The notes beneath the pieces are model-generated. The model did not search any database and was not told where the DNA came from. It saw only the letters and a list, made by a program, of their open reading frames with translations. Position numbers and translations under genes: made by a program. Of a stretch of DNA of 64,000 nucleotides, positions 61,296-64,000 are shown piece after piece; position 1 is the stretch's first letter, and each line of letters opens with the position of its first letter. The stretch is from Haliotis rufescens (Eukaryota): NCBI RefSeq assembly GCF_023055435.1, contig NW_025963813.1, positions 20,274,001-20,338,000 of the forward strand. Direction: 5' to 3'.

Positions 61296-62479
61296 CTGCA
61301 GCACTAATTAAGTCAGACTGTCACCTCCCTGCCTTAGGCAAAATGGATGTAGACGTGTACACACTACGTACTACGTACACTTGCCTCCAGACATGTTCCA
61401 CGAAAATATTGTCTTTTGTTTCACAATCCCTCCATTGTTATGAGTTTATTTCCATCATGGTCGGTGACGATATCAAAACTAATAACATACATTCTCCTTT
61501 GAGCAAGGATCTGTGTAGTAAAAGATGACAGTTTATTTAGACAATTAGAAACGTATCGCTGTAGTGTTGCAAGCATATCACTAAATGTGTTGTTAGTAAT
61601 AATTGAACCAGAGACCATAAAATAAAGTGTCAGCCTTTGTCGGCCAATTTTCTCTCATCAGAAACTGATATTAATTCGGGTAATATCTAGGATATCCATG
61701 CAATGAAAGTCAGAAATAACTTTATGTATGTTTCTTGATAGAACATACACTTTTGAACATATCAGATACGGATTGGGTATATGCATTACTGTATAATATA
61801 ATATACTGCAAACTTTTGAACACATCAAATCTGACCAGAAGAACTTAGTTTCAATACAACGCACAGTCCCAGTTTATAAATGTGTCGAAGAAGTTCATTC
61901 TCATAATAATGCACTCAATGATTTTACGCTCAAAACCATTCAAAACAATTGAATACAATGCAATGTTATTTTCCGGCGAAGATCTGAAGTTTAACTGCCA
62001 CAGAATTGACTTCCTCCTGCATGTCTGCACGTGGAAAATGGGCGTGGCATGTTTTAACGGAGCGGAGGCCGAATACGTGGTACATGACTGAGATAGGTTC
62101 CTACACATGTTAATTTATACATACTGTCAAGACGACAGTGAAAATTTCACACGATTTAAGATTTTAGATTTTTTTAGTGTCATTCTCAAATGTCCAGTCG
62201 TGCTATTTTGATAAGAGTTTTGCGTCAAAGTGACCTACTACATGTATGAATGTGAACTTTGAACCCATGTCATTCATTTGTTTATGATGATAAAATAGTG
62301 CGCCGATCAGAATAAAATATGGATGATGTCATTTGGTCACGCTTCATTATCACAACACATTGCATTGTTTGTGTGTGGAACAACTGACACTATTAGATAA
62401 TTCTAAATGAACAGCCTACTTCTCATGCGTGTCAGTGACGCCACTTGCTGCGCTAATATGAAAGCTTAGTTGCGATTCG

Positions 62480-62771
62480 TTGAAAATACCGGAAGTACAG
62501 GTGCCCGATGACAACCGACCAATCACAACAACTGTCTGATGGTGCATCAATCGGCGTATGAATACCTCCGCAGGTCACATAAGGCATAGATCCTCTCTCT
62601 ACGTGGTTGGTAAGTGTGGCATCAGTCTATAAGAATTTCTCGCGAAATGGTTTTCTGAGGCTTCAAGTAATTATCTCATTTGGTAATTTCAGATTAAAAC
62701 GCAGCCACATTGGAGCCAGACGAAGGTTACCCTAAACACTAGGACGGATAAACGGACGCAGTACGGTAAGA
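62480..62771 (+). promoter_or_regulatory. Candidate housekeeping-type promoter and first (non-coding) exon of a gene continuing beyond the window
   Basis: ETS CCGGAAGT 62489-96, CCAAT 62519-23, TCTCGCGAAA 62638-47, locally CpG-rich, strong donor ACG|GTAAGA at 62766. Confidence 0.45.
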
Positions 62772-64000
62772 AAGCTCTAACAAATGCGACACGTCGACCC
62801 GTCTGTCAAGATGGGTGCAAAGTGTTTACGTGGACAAGGACATCGGACACATTTTGCCATATTTTCACTAATCTACCAAAATATCAAGCAGCCTGTCTCT
62901 TATTTACAATCAGATCGTATTTATGGTTGAACTACAGTGCTGTTTGATAGCAATGCGGTTCAATTATTCATGAGTTTGTTTCGTGGGCATACGTGTCAGG
63001 TACGGGGGTATATCAATATAGGCTAAGCTTTGGTTGGAAAAGCCGGTAGGTGATGGTATGCGTGTACTCAAGCTAAGGCTTTTCAGTCCAGAACTCTATA
63101 TACTTAAAACAGAACTGACATTTTCATACCTTGTTACAACATATGTTGGGTTTAATTTTTTACCCGTTCTGCACCGAAACTACAGGTTGACGAATGGCTT
63201 GTAATGCATACTGATACACATCATTCTTTGGTTATCGGTCCCTGTCGTTCACTTGTTGAACTCTAGATCACGTGAATCCTACAGAATTTGTCATAGTAAA
63301 TCAGATTCCTGATAGTATAGGTTACACTAATTTTACTAGAGGAATGTAAAATTTAAGGGAAAGGGGTGTTTTAGCGTTCAATATTTGTTAGTGATCTTTA
63401 TGCTTGCCAGATTTTGTTTTATCGAACTGAAAAGTATGTCGTGTGATCACATACTTTTTAAGTATGGATATCAAAATCAAAGATACTCAAATGCCTCGTA
63501 TTGACAGCACAAGGAATATATTGTACCAAGTCTTTTAAGGCAGTGGCATGCATATGTAACTACAACACGTACAGGGGAAATGTCAAGCCCAAAGACATCT
63601 TTCTGGTGTATCGACCAATCATTTGTATAAAATCATTCTTTAAAGTAGTTTTAACTACAATTTATCAGGGAAATATTGAAACTAATTTGTTCCAGTCAAC
63701 ATGGGAAATAACATGTAGTGGGCAAGTTACCCGGAGCTTGACCAGAATTATTTAATTTCTTCTCCAATCCTGTATGCTTGTGGCCTTACATATTAGCAGC
63801 CAAGACATTTACCTGAAAGTTGTTAGTCTGAATAGTGATTGAAATATATGGACACCCATGTTATTACGGCTTTGCAGGGGTGACATGCATTGCAGAACCT
63901 GACCAATGAACAAAAACAGACTTCAATAGTTTTACATGTTTGTATTAATCAAACTGATAAAATACCCATGAATTTAAGAAATTACAGGTTTTAAAGAACA

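Overview
This is eukaryotic, invertebrate genomic DNA with spliced GT-AG genes, SINEs, LINEs and Tc1 elements. It is most likely a mollusc such as abalone; that is an inference from the repeat types and is not verified. Genes: (1) a cluster of three two-exon carboxylesterase/cholinesterase-fold genes that share one phase-2 intron in FAK[T/S]G|[N/D]P. CES-A (+, 9705-12087) is predicted secreted. CES-B (+, 28235-30395) is a type I membrane protein with a Ser/Thr stalk and TM helix. CES-C (-, 36700-34540) has the same membrane topology but carries a frameshift and a TGG>TGA stop. (2) A three-exon PLAC8/cornifelin-family Cys-rich gene (+, 21727-23745, 5' end unresolved) that the ORF track does not reveal. 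(3) A probable promoter and first exon of a gene leaving the window at the right end. Mobile DNA: six distinct Tc1 (DD34E) elements, one with perfect 39-bp TIRs and an open 341-aa transposase; several tRNA-derived SINE families sharing one 3' tail; and LINE fragments. Two local duplications are present, and one preserves the empty sites of two Tc1 insertions. Tandem arrays have units of 42, 66, 38, 24, 48 and 32 bp; these generate most of the long repetitive ORFs in the track, which are not genes. No CRISPR or prokaryotic system is present. The most notable signals are the modular secreted versus membrane-anchored esterase cluster with intact catalytic triads, a probable gene-conversion tract over the catalytic serine, the hidden PLAC8 gene, and a CRE/TATA-bearing VNTR upstream of CES-B.
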